NCBI GenBank assembly: GCA_002305675.1
Contig: DBQA01000007.1
Coordinates: 174,653 to 238,652 of the forward strand
DNA from: Patescibacteria group bacterium UBA1406
Lineage (GTDB): Bacteria > Patescibacteriota > Microgenomatia > UBA1406
Direction of reading: 5' to 3'
DNA: 64,000 bases
Below, one piece after another: positions 44,247-54,184 of the stretch; the first letter of the stretch is position 1, and each line of letters starts with the position of its first letter. Below the pieces are notes generated by a model. That model saw nothing but the letters and a program-made list of their open reading frames with translations. It did no database searches and was not told the origin of the DNA. A program made the position numbers and the translations under genes.

Positions 44247-44978
44247 ATGCCCAAGACGCTATCCGTCATCATCCCGGTTTACAATGAGGCGGCCTATGTG
44301 GTCCGGAGCCTGGAGAACGTGGTCCAGACCTGCATCCCCGGCTGGAAGATGGAGATCGTCGCCGTCAATGACGGCTCCACGGACAACACCCTGGCACTAT
44401 TGCAAGATTTCAGCCGTCAGAGAGTACCTCTTAAAATAATCAACTCGTCCCAGAATATGGGCAAAGGCAGTGCCTTAAAAACGGGGATCAGAAAAGCCAC
44501 CGGAGAGATACTCATTATCCAGGATGCGGATCTGGAATACGACCCGAGCGATTACCCGGCCATTCTAGGCGCTTTTGAAAACAAAGAGGTCAACGTTGTC
44601 TATGGCTCCAGAGTGCTAGGGGCAAAGGCATACCATAACTACAGTGCCAACTGGCTTTTTTATCTCGGGGGAATAACCCTCACCAAAATCACGAATCTGC
44701 TTCTCAAAACAACGCTTACCGACCAACCAACCTGTTACAAAGCCTGGCGGAACAGTCTTTCGGCCGGCCTTCTGAAGTATTGTCGCGGCAACGGGTTTGA
44801 GTTTGAGGTGGAAGCGACCGCCTACTTTGCCAAGCATCCGAGGATAGCGGAGGTGCCCATTCATTACTATCCCCGATCTATCGGTCACGGAAAGAAGATC
44901 AGGCTGCCCGATTTCCTAAAGTCAGTGGTAACGCTTTTTAGATGCGCCTTTGGTAAGCCTTTGCCCCAGTCGGCGTAA
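44247..44978 (+). CDS. family 2 glycosyltransferase (dolichyl/polyprenyl-phosphate sugar synthase-like)
   Basis: 243 aa. It has LSVIIPVYNE, VNDGSTDNT, IIQDADLEYDP and a C-terminal amphipathic region. Confidence 0.85.
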   Translation: MPKTLSVIIPVYNEAAYVVRSLENVVQTCIPGWKMEIVAVNDGSTDNTLALLQDFSRQRVPLKIINSSQNMGKGSALKTGIRKATGEILIIQDADLEYDPSDYPAILGAFENKEVNVVYGSRVLGAKAYHNYSANWLFYLGGITLTKITNLLLKTTLTDQPTCYKAWRNSLSAGLLKYCRGNGFEFEVEATAYFAKHPRIAEVPIHYYPRSIGHGKKIRLPDFLKSVVTLFRCAFGKPLPQSA

Positions 44979-46226
44979 CCCGGCCAAGTCCCGTATGAAC
45001 TTTTGCCAGTCTACCAACCCGGCGTATATCATCGCTGCCCCGCTTATGCTCATCAGTTGATTGCGATAAGTATACCAGGGATGGTAGTAGGAATGGTTGG
45101 CGGCCACCAGATACCACAGGTAAGGGATGATGCTGATGAAAACCCACGGGATCGCCTTTTTCAGACTCTGATCATCGATCGCTCGGTAGCGATGGAAAAA
45201 TACGGCCAGGACAATGAACGCATATAGAAGAACAAATTTATTGCGGCGGTCATATCCGACCATCTGGAAAAAATTAAGGCTGACCGCCTTTAGTGGGTTG
45301 AACCCTCCGTCCGCTGCCGGAGTGACCGTCCGGTTGACGACCTGGTCGAAGGATGTCAGTATCGCCCCGCTCGAAAAAAAGACCTCCGCCAGGATCCACT
45401 TACTGGCCCAGAGCGATAGATATCCGAGTGACCAGAAAAAACACCGTATGAGCACCGTTCTCAGGTCCCGTCCGCCATAGGCCGTGGCTACGACCAGGAC
45501 AAGACCCAGGGTCACCAAAGGGGCGGTCAGAAGATCGAAGAAGGCCGTCAACCCCCCCACCGCAAAAAACAAAAAATAGGCTGGCTGTCCTTTTTTGTAC
45601 CTAGATAAGAAATAGATAGCGGAAAAGAGACCGACCAGAAAGACACCTGAGAACTGAAGAGATCGTCCCAGCCACTCAAAATCGACCGCGGCCAGACCTA
45701 CTGCCAGGACAAATGCTAAGACCGCTCCTACCTTCCGCCAGGCCAGGACAGCGATAGAGATGAAACCGAACAAAAGACCCAGGGTCGCCACGTTCCTGAT
45801 CCCGTCATAGGAGAAAACCAAGAGGAGCGGCCGCAGGTAGACCAGGTAACCATGCCAATAGCGCTCGTACCCCACTTCCTTGACCGGTTCGTTCAAGTAG
45901 AGTTTCCTTAGGTTGGCGATCTGGTTCACACTGTCCTCCCTGCTCTCATACCTGAAGTTGAGCATGGCGGACCGGAGAGGACGGCGCGAATCAACCGAGT
46001 AGGCAGTGTTGACCATCAGAGGATCCGTGAAATTATCCAGGATAACTTTCCGCCACGACAGGCCGACGCTTGGATAAGTCCCCTCTTTTTCCAAAGTGGC
46101 GACCGTCCGGCCGACATTTCTTTTCAAGGCGGAGGAAGGGATCATTGAAACCGCCACCAAAGAGGCCACAAAAAAACCTAAGAGTATTACATACAAGACA
46201 AGTGTTTTTTTGAGTTCGGCCCACAT
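44922..46226 (-). CDS. polytopic membrane protein (unknown function, envelope glycosylation neighbourhood)
   Basis: 434 aa with more than 10 TM helices. It is convergent with the GT2 gene and overlaps it. Confidence 0.65.
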   Translation of the reverse strand: MWAELKKTLVLYVILLGFFVASLVAVSMIPSSALKRNVGRTVATLEKEGTYPSVGLSWRKVILDNFTDPLMVNTAYSVDSRRPLRSAMLNFRYESREDSVNQIANLRKLYLNEPVKEVGYERYWHGYLVYLRPLLLVFSYDGIRNVATLGLLFGFISIAVLAWRKVGAVLAFVLAVGLAAVDFEWLGRSLQFSGVFLVGLFSAIYFLSRYKKGQPAYFLFFAVGGLTAFFDLLTAPLVTLGLVLVVATAYGGRDLRTVLIRCFFWSLGYLSLWASKWILAEVFFSSGAILTSFDQVVNRTVTPAADGGFNPLKAVSLNFFQMVGYDRRNKFVLLYAFIVLAVFFHRYRAIDDQSLKKAIPWVFISIIPYLWYLVAANHSYYHPWYTYRNQLMSISGAAMIYAGLVDWQKFIRDLAGLRRLGQRLTKGASKKRYH

Positions 46227-46254
46227 AGCAAGTTAAGGTCAATTATACACCGAT

Positions 46255-46275
46255 ATTTCCAACCGCCGCGGTTGG
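46255..46275. repeat. 21-nt hairpin repeat, copy 1
   Basis: atttccaaccgccgcggttgg, with stem ccaaccg/cggttgg. It is identical to 47116-47136. Confidence 0.85.
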
Positions 46276-46287
46276 TAAAATAGGCCT

Positions 46288-47049
46288 TCAGCTTTTCCTG
46301 CCGAGGATACCGATATTGTTGAGGGTGTATTGCGCTAAAGGTGCCTTAATGGGAGTGGTATTATTCTCCCGTACCATTTGCAGAGTAGTACTCATGATTT
46401 GCTTAGCTAATCCCTTTTCACCGTTCGCCTTGGCGATATGCGGTTTCATGCCTTGCGGAATGGGAGGCAATATCCCCCAAGCGTACGCGTCCACCGGCCG
46501 AAGGCCGAAATGCTGCATAAGTTCGATCAGCTGTTCCGGGCTATAGCTTCTTTCCCAGCCGAAAGGCCAACTACCCGTCTCGATCTGAGGTAATTTATAT
46601 ACATGTTGCAGGCTGTAAAGCTGGGGCACGTCTATCAGGACATAGCCTCCGGGCTTGGTGACCCTTGCCATCTCACTGACCAGCTGCTCCGGTTCAGGAA
46701 AATGTTCCACCAATCCCTGGGAATAGACCATACTGAAAAAGTCCTGCGTATAAGGCAAGACCTGTCCGTCTGCCAGGACGGCATCGACGTGAACTGCTTT
46801 ACTCCTGGCCAAAGAAAGGGTTTTATGGATCGCCTCCTCGGAAATATCTGCCACATGAACGTCTCGGCCGGTCTGGGCTATAGCCACGGCACAGGCACCT
46901 TCCCCCGGTCCGACCTCCAGGACCGAATCGCCCGGCCTAGACCACTCCAGGACAGTAGAGTACACCGCCCGGTTGACCCGGCAGGGGACGCCATTCTCTG
47001 CTTCAAATACCCTGTCCCATGTTTCCGAACGGGGCACTTCCACGATCAT
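46288..47049 (-). CDS. class I SAM-dependent methyltransferase
   Basis: 253 aa with motif I (VLEVGPGEGACAV), an acidic residue after beta-2 (VADIS), and PGGYVLI. Confidence 0.8.
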   Translation of the reverse strand: MIVEVPRSETWDRVFEAENGVPCRVNRAVYSTVLEWSRPGDSVLEVGPGEGACAVAIAQTGRDVHVADISEEAIHKTLSLARSKAVHVDAVLADGQVLPYTQDFFSMVYSQGLVEHFPEPEQLVSEMARVTKPGGYVLIDVPQLYSLQHVYKLPQIETGSWPFGWERSYSPEQLIELMQHFGLRPVDAYAWGILPPIPQGMKPHIAKANGEKGLAKQIMSTTLQMVRENNTTPIKAPLAQYTLNNIGILGRKS

Positions 47050-47115
47050 GGCTAAATGATACTATAGGATGACATGCAAGACCGTATCCGAGAATACTCA
47101 GCGGCCCCGAGGCTC

Positions 47116-47136
47116 ATTTCCAACCGCCGCGGTTGG
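47116..47136. repeat. 21-nt hairpin repeat, copy 2
   Basis: atttccaaccgccgcggttgg, identical to 46255-46275. Confidence 0.85.
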
Positions 47137-47151
47137 TTTGGGGATTATTTC

Positions 47152-47481
47152 CTACCTTAACCGGGAAAGGCCAATCAGGATCAGGAGAATAGTGATCAAT
47201 AGCCAGGCGGCCGTGTACAGAACCAGTTGAAATGCATCGATTGTTTGCTTCCTTTGCCACAGGATGAACGGATAAAAACCCGTAATCAGACCGCATACCA
47301 GCGCAGACGTACTGAATAAAAGCAAAAAGAGGAAGAAACCGAAGTATTCGGGCATTAACCCGAACCAATTATTGCCCTGCCAAAAGATGATGGCCACCGC
47401 GCTGCAATATGCCGTCAAACCCAGGGCCTGCAGCAGCCCGACCCAGACCAGCCGACGCGGTTTAGGAGTGGACATAATCAT
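47152..47481 (-). CDS. small membrane protein
   Basis: 109 aa with four hydrophobic helices. Confidence 0.55.
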   Translation of the reverse strand: MIMSTPKPRRLVWVGLLQALGLTAYCSAVAIIFWQGNNWFGLMPEYFGFFLFLLLFSTSALVCGLITGFYPFILWQRKQTIDAFQLVLYTAAWLLITILLILIGLSRLR

Positions 47482-47507
47482 ATTCTAGCACCTCTTGAAC
47501 CTGTAAC

Positions 47508-48668
47508 TCAATTGAACATCAGCCATTCGGGCTTGAAAAGCATCAGGATGCCGATGACAAGGATCAGGATCCCGCCAAGAAGATGAGAGTAGCGGGAGTA
47601 CTTTCCCTGGATGCCGGTCATCTGCAGAGTCAGCATGGCCGCAAAGAAAACAAACAGGTCGTCCAGCATGAATATAACTATATACAACACAAGGTAGAAG
47701 TAATACTGCCACACCGGCAGCCCTGCCAGGGTCAACAGGTGGGTATAGATGGCCGGCAGGCCGGCCGAACAAATCAGTTCGATCATGTTCACGGCCACGG
47801 CCAGAAGTACTATCCCTGTCAAGGCCAGCATAAAGCTCCGCTTACCGACAATCTCCCTCAGTTTCTCAAAGACCGCTTTCCTCTTGCCTCCCCCGGTGAC
47901 CTGACAGCCACCGTCCTTATTTTTGTAGAAATCATACAGATAATAGCCCCCAGCGCCCACGGCCAAAAGACCGACCGCGATCCGGACGAACCATACCCAG
48001 CCCAGAAAAAGGAACAGATTCAGCCATGCGGCCAGGAAGAGGAAGTAGACAAGGCCCGAGGCCACGATGAAGGCCGTTCCCAACACCCACATCCGTTTCC
48101 TGTCCTTCAGACCAAGGAGTAGGCTGATGAGAAATAGAAGCGTCCACATGGCGCAGGGGTTGAACCCGTCCAGGGCGGCGATCACCACGGTCAACACCGG
48201 CAGGGACAGGTCGGCCAGCCTAAGAGACCCCAACACTGGCACATTGATCCTGTCCGGAATTTTGGCTTTTCCGGAGGGCTCTTTTTCCTCAGGGGCCGCG
48301 AGATTGAACTCGTCGATCACCGCCTGCTCGATGGCTTTCCCGGTAGTCGCGTCATCCAGATAGCCCAAAAAATGTTGGTCGCCGATAATGGTCAGGGGCA
48401 CACCCAGCCTTTCTATCCCCAATCTTTCGGCCTCCTGATGGAACAGCCACTGGTTTTTTGTGCTTTCGCTCACTTCGTACGCCTTTATTTCCAGAGAAGG
48501 ATATCTGTCCTGCAGTTTCTCCAAAAAAGCCTCTTCCTTAATGCAGTGAGGACAGGTCTTGGAATAGAAAAGGGTCAGGACGGCTTTGGGGCCTGCCACA
48601 GAAAAGGCCGCTCCCTGCCGAAAAAACAGACCCAAAAAAACTAGGACAATGATGGCCTTTTTAAGCAT
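47508..48668 (-). CDS. thioredoxin-fold domain fused to a CcdA/DsbD-like transmembrane disulfide-transfer domain
   Basis: ORF 47508..48728. The probable start is MLKKAIIVLVFLG at 48668. It has a CPHC redox motif (FYSKTCPHCIKEEAFL), then a membrane domain with LDGFNPCAMW and IELICSAGLP. Confidence 0.7.
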   Translation of the reverse strand: MLKKAIIVLVFLGLFFRQGAAFSVAGPKAVLTLFYSKTCPHCIKEEAFLEKLQDRYPSLEIKAYEVSESTKNQWLFHQEAERLGIERLGVPLTIIGDQHFLGYLDDATTGKAIEQAVIDEFNLAAPEEKEPSGKAKIPDRINVPVLGSLRLADLSLPVLTVVIAALDGFNPCAMWTLLFLISLLLGLKDRKRMWVLGTAFIVASGLVYFLFLAAWLNLFLFLGWVWFVRIAVGLLAVGAGGYYLYDFYKNKDGGCQVTGGGKRKAVFEKLREIVGKRSFMLALTGIVLLAVAVNMIELICSAGLPAIYTHLLTLAGLPVWQYYFYLVLYIVIFMLDDLFVFFAAMLTLQMTGIQGKYSRYSHLLGGILILVIGILMLFKPEWLMFN

Positions 48669-48763
48669 TTTCCCCATATGAAGTTTGTCGGTAACAACCA
48701 TGATACTACTTTCTCCTGTTTTCGTCACTGAAGGAAGGCGGTGTATTTTGGTAAAATAGGCAG

Positions 48764-50989
48764 GTGAAGCAAATAATCAAAGGTACTTTATTGATCATCC
48801 TGGTGGTCGGGCTCATCGTCCTCTCCCTGACCGTACGGCAGGTGTACCAGGAGGAAAAGCAGCTCACCACCGACATCCAGTACCGGACCACCATTTTGGC
48901 CGAACGCTTCCGGAGCCGGATAGCCGGCTATACCATCAATGAGAACCACGAGGAACTGCGGGAGTTCATCAATGCCGTCACGAGCGAAGAAAGGCTCGAA
49001 GGGATCCTGGTGTACGACAATAAGGGAAGGCTTCTGGCCTCATCCCTGGACCTTCTGGAAGATGAATCGGCGGTTATTGAGGACTCGGTTTCCCGGGCCA
49101 TGGACGGCGACAAAACAACCGGCGACTTCGTCAGCATCCTGAACAAGAAGAACTACCTCCTGGCCGTGCCGCTCCGGAACGAGGAGCGCATCATCGGCGC
49201 CATGGCCGTCCTCCAGAACGCGAGCTACATAGATACCACCCTATCGGAGATCTGGATGAACAACCTTCTTTACATCTTTCTCCAGATCATCATCCTGTCC
49301 GTCATCATCATGCTGATACTGCGGTGGATAATCTACACCCCCATCGGCGGCCTGGTGGACTCCATCAAGCTCATCCGGCTCGGGGGTAAGCCGGAGATCT
49401 TGGGCAGCAATTTCTTCTTCAAGCCGTTACTGCAGGAGATCTCCTACCTCAGCCGCAGCCTGTTCGAAGCGAGGGCCATGGCCAGCGAAGAGGCCCGTCT
49501 GAGGCTTGCCAAAGTGGACTCCCCCTGGACCTCCCAGCGTCTGCAGGAATTCATCAAGGCCGTACTGAAAAACCGGACCATCTTTATCGTCTCCAACCGC
49601 GAGCCGTACATCCACGTCAAGAACGGCAACAAGATAGACTTTTACCAGCCGGCAAGCGGCATGGTCACCGCCATCGAGTCCATGATGAAGGCCTCTGGCG
49701 GCATCTGGATCGCCCACGGCTCCGGCAACGCCGACAAGTTGACGGTGGACAGCCAGGACAAGATTGCCGTTCCCCCCGACGAGCCGAAGTATTCCCTGAA
49801 GCGGGTCTGGCTGACCGAAGAGGAGGAGAAGGGCTACTACTACGGCTTTGCCAACGAAGGGATCTGGCCTTTGTGCCACATGGCCCATACCCGCCCCACT
49901 TTTCGGAAAGAAGACTGGAAGGCATATGAAAAGGTCAATGGCAAATTCGCCCACGCCCTCCTGAAAGAGATCAAGGACGTCCACCGGCCCATCATCATCA
50001 TCCAGGACTACCATTTCGCCCTCCTGCCGAGGATGCTCCGGAAAAGCCGCCCCGACGCCCTGGTCGGCATCTTCTGGCACATCCCCTGGCCGAATTCCGA
50101 GGCCTTCAGCATCTGTCCCTGGCGGAAGGAGCTTCTGGAGGGCATGCTCGGTGCAGACCTGATCGGCTTCCATACCCAGCTCTATTGCAACAATTTTATT
50201 GACACCGTCCGTCGCGAACTGGAGGCCCAGGTCAACCGCGAACGTTTCGCCATCACCAAGGAAGGCCATGTATCCCATGTCCGGCCGCTCCCCATCAGCG
50301 TCCCGTTCGGTACTAACGGCGACAACAAGCAGATCACCGAAGAGGAAAAAAAGAAAGCGCTCGAGAAACTCGGTGTTAATGCCAAGTTTATTGGTCTCGG
50401 AGTGGAGAGGCTCGACTATACCAAGGGCATTCCGGAAAGGCTGTGGGGCATCGACCGTTTCCTGACAAACCACCCCAAGTACAAGGAGAAATTCACCTAT
50501 ATCCAGATCGCCGCTCCCACCCGGAGCGTCATCCCCGAGTACAAAAAGATCGCCGAGATCGTGGAAGCGGAAGCCGCGGCCATCAACAAGAAACACGCCA
50601 CCAAGAACTGGAAACCGATAGTGCTCCTGGAGAAGCACCATTCCCATGAGGAGATCAACAAGTACTATCAGCTCGCGAACGTCTGCCTGGTCACCTCCCT
50701 CCATGACGGGATGAATCTGGTGGCAAAGGAATTCGTCAGCGCCCGCTCGGACGAACTCGGGGTACTGATCCTTAGCCAGTTCGCCGGTGCCGCCACCGAG
50801 CTGAGCCGGGCCATCATCATCAATCCCTATGACACCGAGCAGGTGGCCGAGGCGGTCAAACAGTCCCTGGAAATGATGCCGTCGGAGCAGAAGAAAAGGA
50901 TGCGGAAGATGCGGGAGAACGTAAAGAAAAACAATATCTACCGCTGGTCGGCCGAGCTCCTAAGACAGCTTGTAGACATCGAGGCCTAA
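48764..50989 (+). CDS. otsA: trehalose-6-phosphate synthase (GT20) with N-terminal TM - sensor - TM - HAMP-like extension
   Basis: 741 aa with a GTG start. The GT20 core runs from about residue 270 (IFIVSNREPY, GFANEGIWPLCH, IIIQDYHFALLP, IFWHIPWP, GFHTQ). Residues 1-250 are TM1, a roughly 140-aa extracytoplasmic domain, TM2, and a HAMP-like segment beginning at the Pro of YTPIGGLVDSIKLI. Confidence 0.85.
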   Translation: MKQIIKGTLLIILVVGLIVLSLTVRQVYQEEKQLTTDIQYRTTILAERFRSRIAGYTINENHEELREFINAVTSEERLEGILVYDNKGRLLASSLDLLEDESAVIEDSVSRAMDGDKTTGDFVSILNKKNYLLAVPLRNEERIIGAMAVLQNASYIDTTLSEIWMNNLLYIFLQIIILSVIIMLILRWIIYTPIGGLVDSIKLIRLGGKPEILGSNFFFKPLLQEISYLSRSLFEARAMASEEARLRLAKVDSPWTSQRLQEFIKAVLKNRTIFIVSNREPYIHVKNGNKIDFYQPASGMVTAIESMMKASGGIWIAHGSGNADKLTVDSQDKIAVPPDEPKYSLKRVWLTEEEEKGYYYGFANEGIWPLCHMAHTRPTFRKEDWKAYEKVNGKFAHALLKEIKDVHRPIIIIQDYHFALLPRMLRKSRPDALVGIFWHIPWPNSEAFSICPWRKELLEGMLGADLIGFHTQLYCNNFIDTVRRELEAQVNRERFAITKEGHVSHVRPLPISVPFGTNGDNKQITEEEKKKALEKLGVNAKFIGLGVERLDYTKGIPERLWGIDRFLTNHPKYKEKFTYIQIAAPTRSVIPEYKKIAEIVEAEAAAINKKHATKNWKPIVLLEKHHSHEEINKYYQLANVCLVTSLHDGMNLVAKEFVSARSDELGVLILSQFAGAATELSRAIIINPYDTEQVAEAVKQSLEMMPSEQKKRMRKMRENVKKNNIYRWSAELLRQLVDIEA

Positions 50990-51721
50990 GCGTTGCCGCC
51001 CTATCTCCGGCAGGGACTTGCCCACCTCCGGTTCCGTCAATCTCAGCTTTATGGCCGACAGCCCTATCTCCAAAGACGACCTGAGCACTCCCACCTTGGA
51101 CTTGCCGCTGGTGCGCTTCTCGAAAACTATGTCCCGGCTCCCGATCCGATAGCCGATGTACCTGGCTTTGGTGAGGAACTCCATGTCGAATGTCCAGGGG
51201 GTGGGATGGAGGTCGATGAAGTCCATGATCTCTTTGCGAAAAACCTTCAATCCGGACTGCACGTCGTAGTCAAGCTTCAGAATATACTTATTGAAGATTA
51301 GTGAGTAGCTACGGCTGATGAATTTTCTGAACAGGCCCTCGTTGTGCTCGGCCCTGTTCGCAACCATGATGTCCGCCCGCCGCCCGGCCACGTCCCTGGC
51401 CATTCCGGGGATGGCCTCCGGCGGATACTGCAGGTCCCCGTCTATCATAGCCACAATGGGATGCCGGGCATACGAAACCCCCTCCATGATGGACTGCGCC
51501 TTGCCCTTGACCCCTTTTTTCAGATAAAGGCGGACCCTGTTCTGCCGCATCAAGGTCCGGACCCGGCCGCGGGTATCATCGGTGGAATGATCGTCTATGA
51601 AGACGAGCTCGTAGACAAGGCCCCTCTGCACAAAAGCCCGGTGCATCCTTTCCGCCAAAGGCACGATGTTGCCCTCCTCATTGAAAACGGGGATCACGAC
51701 GGACACCTTCAGTTTTTCCAT
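50960..51721 (-). CDS. family 2 glycosyltransferase
   Basis: 253 aa. It has VSVVIPVFNEEGNI, FIDDHSTDDT and MIDGDLQYPP. Confidence 0.8.
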   Translation of the reverse strand: MEKLKVSVVIPVFNEEGNIVPLAERMHRAFVQRGLVYELVFIDDHSTDDTRGRVRTLMRQNRVRLYLKKGVKGKAQSIMEGVSYARHPIVAMIDGDLQYPPEAIPGMARDVAGRRADIMVANRAEHNEGLFRKFISRSYSLIFNKYILKLDYDVQSGLKVFRKEIMDFIDLHPTPWTFDMEFLTKARYIGYRIGSRDIVFEKRTSGKSKVGVLRSSLEIGLSAIKLRLTEPEVGKSLPEIGRQRLGLDVYKLS

Positions 51722-51797
51722 TATCCGGCCAGTATCTTACTCCCCAATAATAGAGGGATAAATATCCGGTAAGATAGATGTAAGGCCCAGATGGCTC

Positions 51798-54167
51798 TTA
51801 GCCACACTCGCTGTAACCGCAGCTGTAGCACTTTTTGCAGCCCTCCTCGTAGGCGAAAGAGGCCACGCCGCAGTCAGGACAGATGTCAAAGGAGGCAGCC
51901 GCTTCCGGGGATGCCTCAACCGCCGGCGGATTTTGCGGAATGAGAGGCGCCTGCCCCACTTCACCCACCTTCTTGACGTGGCCGTTGCCGTTCGTCAGGG
52001 ACAGGGCAAAGTGCTTGATGAGCACCTTGGCTACCGCGTCCGGAAGGCTCCGGATCTTGTTGTCGCCAAATCCCAGGGACTTGGCGCCTCCGATGCCGGC
52101 GAGCTGCTCGATGATACGCTCCAGCCTCTTCTTGCCCGATAGGGGGGAATTCATCCTCAAGATAAGGGACAGCACCCTCCCCAGGCCTTCGGCCATGGCG
52201 AACACGTCGGAGCCGGCTTTGCCGATGTTGACAAAGACCTCGAAAGGCTCTTCCCGCTCGTCCGTGTTTACAGTGATGAAAGCCCGCCCCACCGGAGTAT
52301 CGATCTGGTAGGTTGCGCCCTTGATGACCATCGGCCGGGGCATGATCTCGTACTGTGGCACCTCGACCTTCTTTTCTTCCTTCTTCTCCTCCTTTCTGGT
52401 CAGCACTCCCGGCCGCGAGCCGTCACGCATATAGGTTATACCCTTCAGCCCCAGGTCGTAGGCCATGTTATAGACCTTCTTCACGTCCTCCACGGTGTGG
52501 GAGTTCGGAGCATTGACCGTCTTCGAAATGGAGGCGTCCACGTATTTCTGGATGACCGCCTGCACCTTGACGTGGTCCTCGGGGGCAAGGTCGTTCGCGC
52601 CGACGAAATAATCGGGCCGTTTGACCTTCTTGACCTCGCCGTTCGTCACCCCCTGCTCCTTCAGCCAGGCCTCGTAAAGCGGGTGCCGGATGACATGTTC
52701 GCCCAACCGGTCGCGCCGGATGAACTCGAACTCGTAAACCGGCTCGATGCCCGAGGTCGTCCCCACCATCAGCGAGGTGGAACCCGTCGGGGCCTGCATC
52801 AGGAGAAGCGAGTTCCTGATCCCGTCCTTCCTGATCTTATCCCTCAGTTTGGCGGGCATGGCCTTGATGAACTTGCCTTCCAAGTAGAGCTTGGGGTCGA
52901 ATTTGGCGAACGCCCCCTTCTCCTTTGCGCTCTCCGCCGATGCCTCATAGGCGGCATCCCGGATGATCCGGTAGACCTTGTCGATGAACTTTAGGGATTT
53001 GGGCGAACCATACCTCAGCTGCATCTTGATGAGCGCGTCCCCGAGGCCCATGGTCCCGAGGCCGATGCGCCGCTCCCCTTCGAGCTGGGTCTTCCTTATC
53101 CCTTCATAGATATACGTGTCCTGGTCGACCACATTGTCCTGGAACCTGACCGCGGTCTTGGCCACTTTCTTCAGTTCCCTGAAATCGAATACACCCGGCT
53201 CCCTGAAGCCCTTGGGCTGCCTGACGAAAGCCGACAGGTTGATGGACCCGAGATTGCAGACCCCCCAGGGGGGCAGGCCTTCCTCACCGCAGGGATTGAC
53301 GCAGTTGATCCTGTTCCAATACCAGTTGTTGTGCCACTTGTTGTATCTCTCCATGAACACCACGCCTGGCTCCGCGCTCCGCCAGGCGGCGGCAGCGATC
53401 ATATCCCAGAGCTCTCGGGCCTTGATGGTCTTGACCACCTCCACCTTCTTGCCCAGTTTCTTCCATGCGACAAGGTCGCCATCCCACTTGGTATCATACT
53501 CGGGGTCCTTGAGGTCGGGATAAACGAGGTCCCAGTCCGCATCCTTCTTGACCGCCTCCATCAGGGAGTCGGACACGGCCACGGACAGGTTGGCGCCGTT
53601 GATACGGGTCAGGTCCTGTTTTACGTTGATGAAGTCTATGACGTCCGGATGCCAATCCCAGAGCATGAGCATCAGTGCCCCGCGCCGGGAGCCTCCCTGC
53701 TGGATGATGTCCTTGGTAGCAACGGAAAAGAGTTCCGCCCAGTTCACCGGCCCCGAAGAGAAACCGTTGACCTTCTTCACCCGGTAGCCTTTGGGCCGCA
53801 AAGAGGACATGTTGATCCCAACCCCGCCGCCGTGAGCCATGATCTCCACCATCTGCTTGAGGGTTTCCAGGATCCCGCCCCGGGAGTCCTTGGGGCTCGG
53901 AATGACGAAACAGTTATAGTATGTCACTTGGTAACCGGTGCCGGCACCGGCCAGAATACGGCCACCCGGAACATATTTGAAGTCTTCCAGGGCTTCGTAG
54001 AACTTCTTCTCCCACAGTTTCCGCTTGTCCTTGGCTTCAGCTTGGGCAACTCCTTTGGCCACCCTTTTCCACATCTCTTTGGGGGTCTTCTCGACTGGCG
54101 CACCGTCGGGGGCCTTCAGGGAATATCGATCTAAAAATACCTTATTGGAGATGCCGTCAAGCTTCAT
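51798..54167 (-). CDS. nrdJ: class II (adenosylcobalamin-dependent) ribonucleotide reductase
   Basis: 789 aa. It has FLDRYSLK, the catalytic region VNPCGEEGLPPWGVCNLGS, and a C-terminal Cys-rich tail (CPDCG...CKKCYSCGYSEC). Confidence 0.9.
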   Translation of the reverse strand: MKLDGISNKVFLDRYSLKAPDGAPVEKTPKEMWKRVAKGVAQAEAKDKRKLWEKKFYEALEDFKYVPGGRILAGAGTGYQVTYYNCFVIPSPKDSRGGILETLKQMVEIMAHGGGVGINMSSLRPKGYRVKKVNGFSSGPVNWAELFSVATKDIIQQGGSRRGALMLMLWDWHPDVIDFINVKQDLTRINGANLSVAVSDSLMEAVKKDADWDLVYPDLKDPEYDTKWDGDLVAWKKLGKKVEVVKTIKARELWDMIAAAAWRSAEPGVVFMERYNKWHNNWYWNRINCVNPCGEEGLPPWGVCNLGSINLSAFVRQPKGFREPGVFDFRELKKVAKTAVRFQDNVVDQDTYIYEGIRKTQLEGERRIGLGTMGLGDALIKMQLRYGSPKSLKFIDKVYRIIRDAAYEASAESAKEKGAFAKFDPKLYLEGKFIKAMPAKLRDKIRKDGIRNSLLLMQAPTGSTSLMVGTTSGIEPVYEFEFIRRDRLGEHVIRHPLYEAWLKEQGVTNGEVKKVKRPDYFVGANDLAPEDHVKVQAVIQKYVDASISKTVNAPNSHTVEDVKKVYNMAYDLGLKGITYMRDGSRPGVLTRKEEKKEEKKVEVPQYEIMPRPMVIKGATYQIDTPVGRAFITVNTDEREEPFEVFVNIGKAGSDVFAMAEGLGRVLSLILRMNSPLSGKKRLERIIEQLAGIGGAKSLGFGDNKIRSLPDAVAKVLIKHFALSLTNGNGHVKKVGEVGQAPLIPQNPPAVEASPEAAASFDICPDCGVASFAYEEGCKKCYSCGYSECG

Positions 54168-54184
54168 ACATCTATGTTGTCAAC

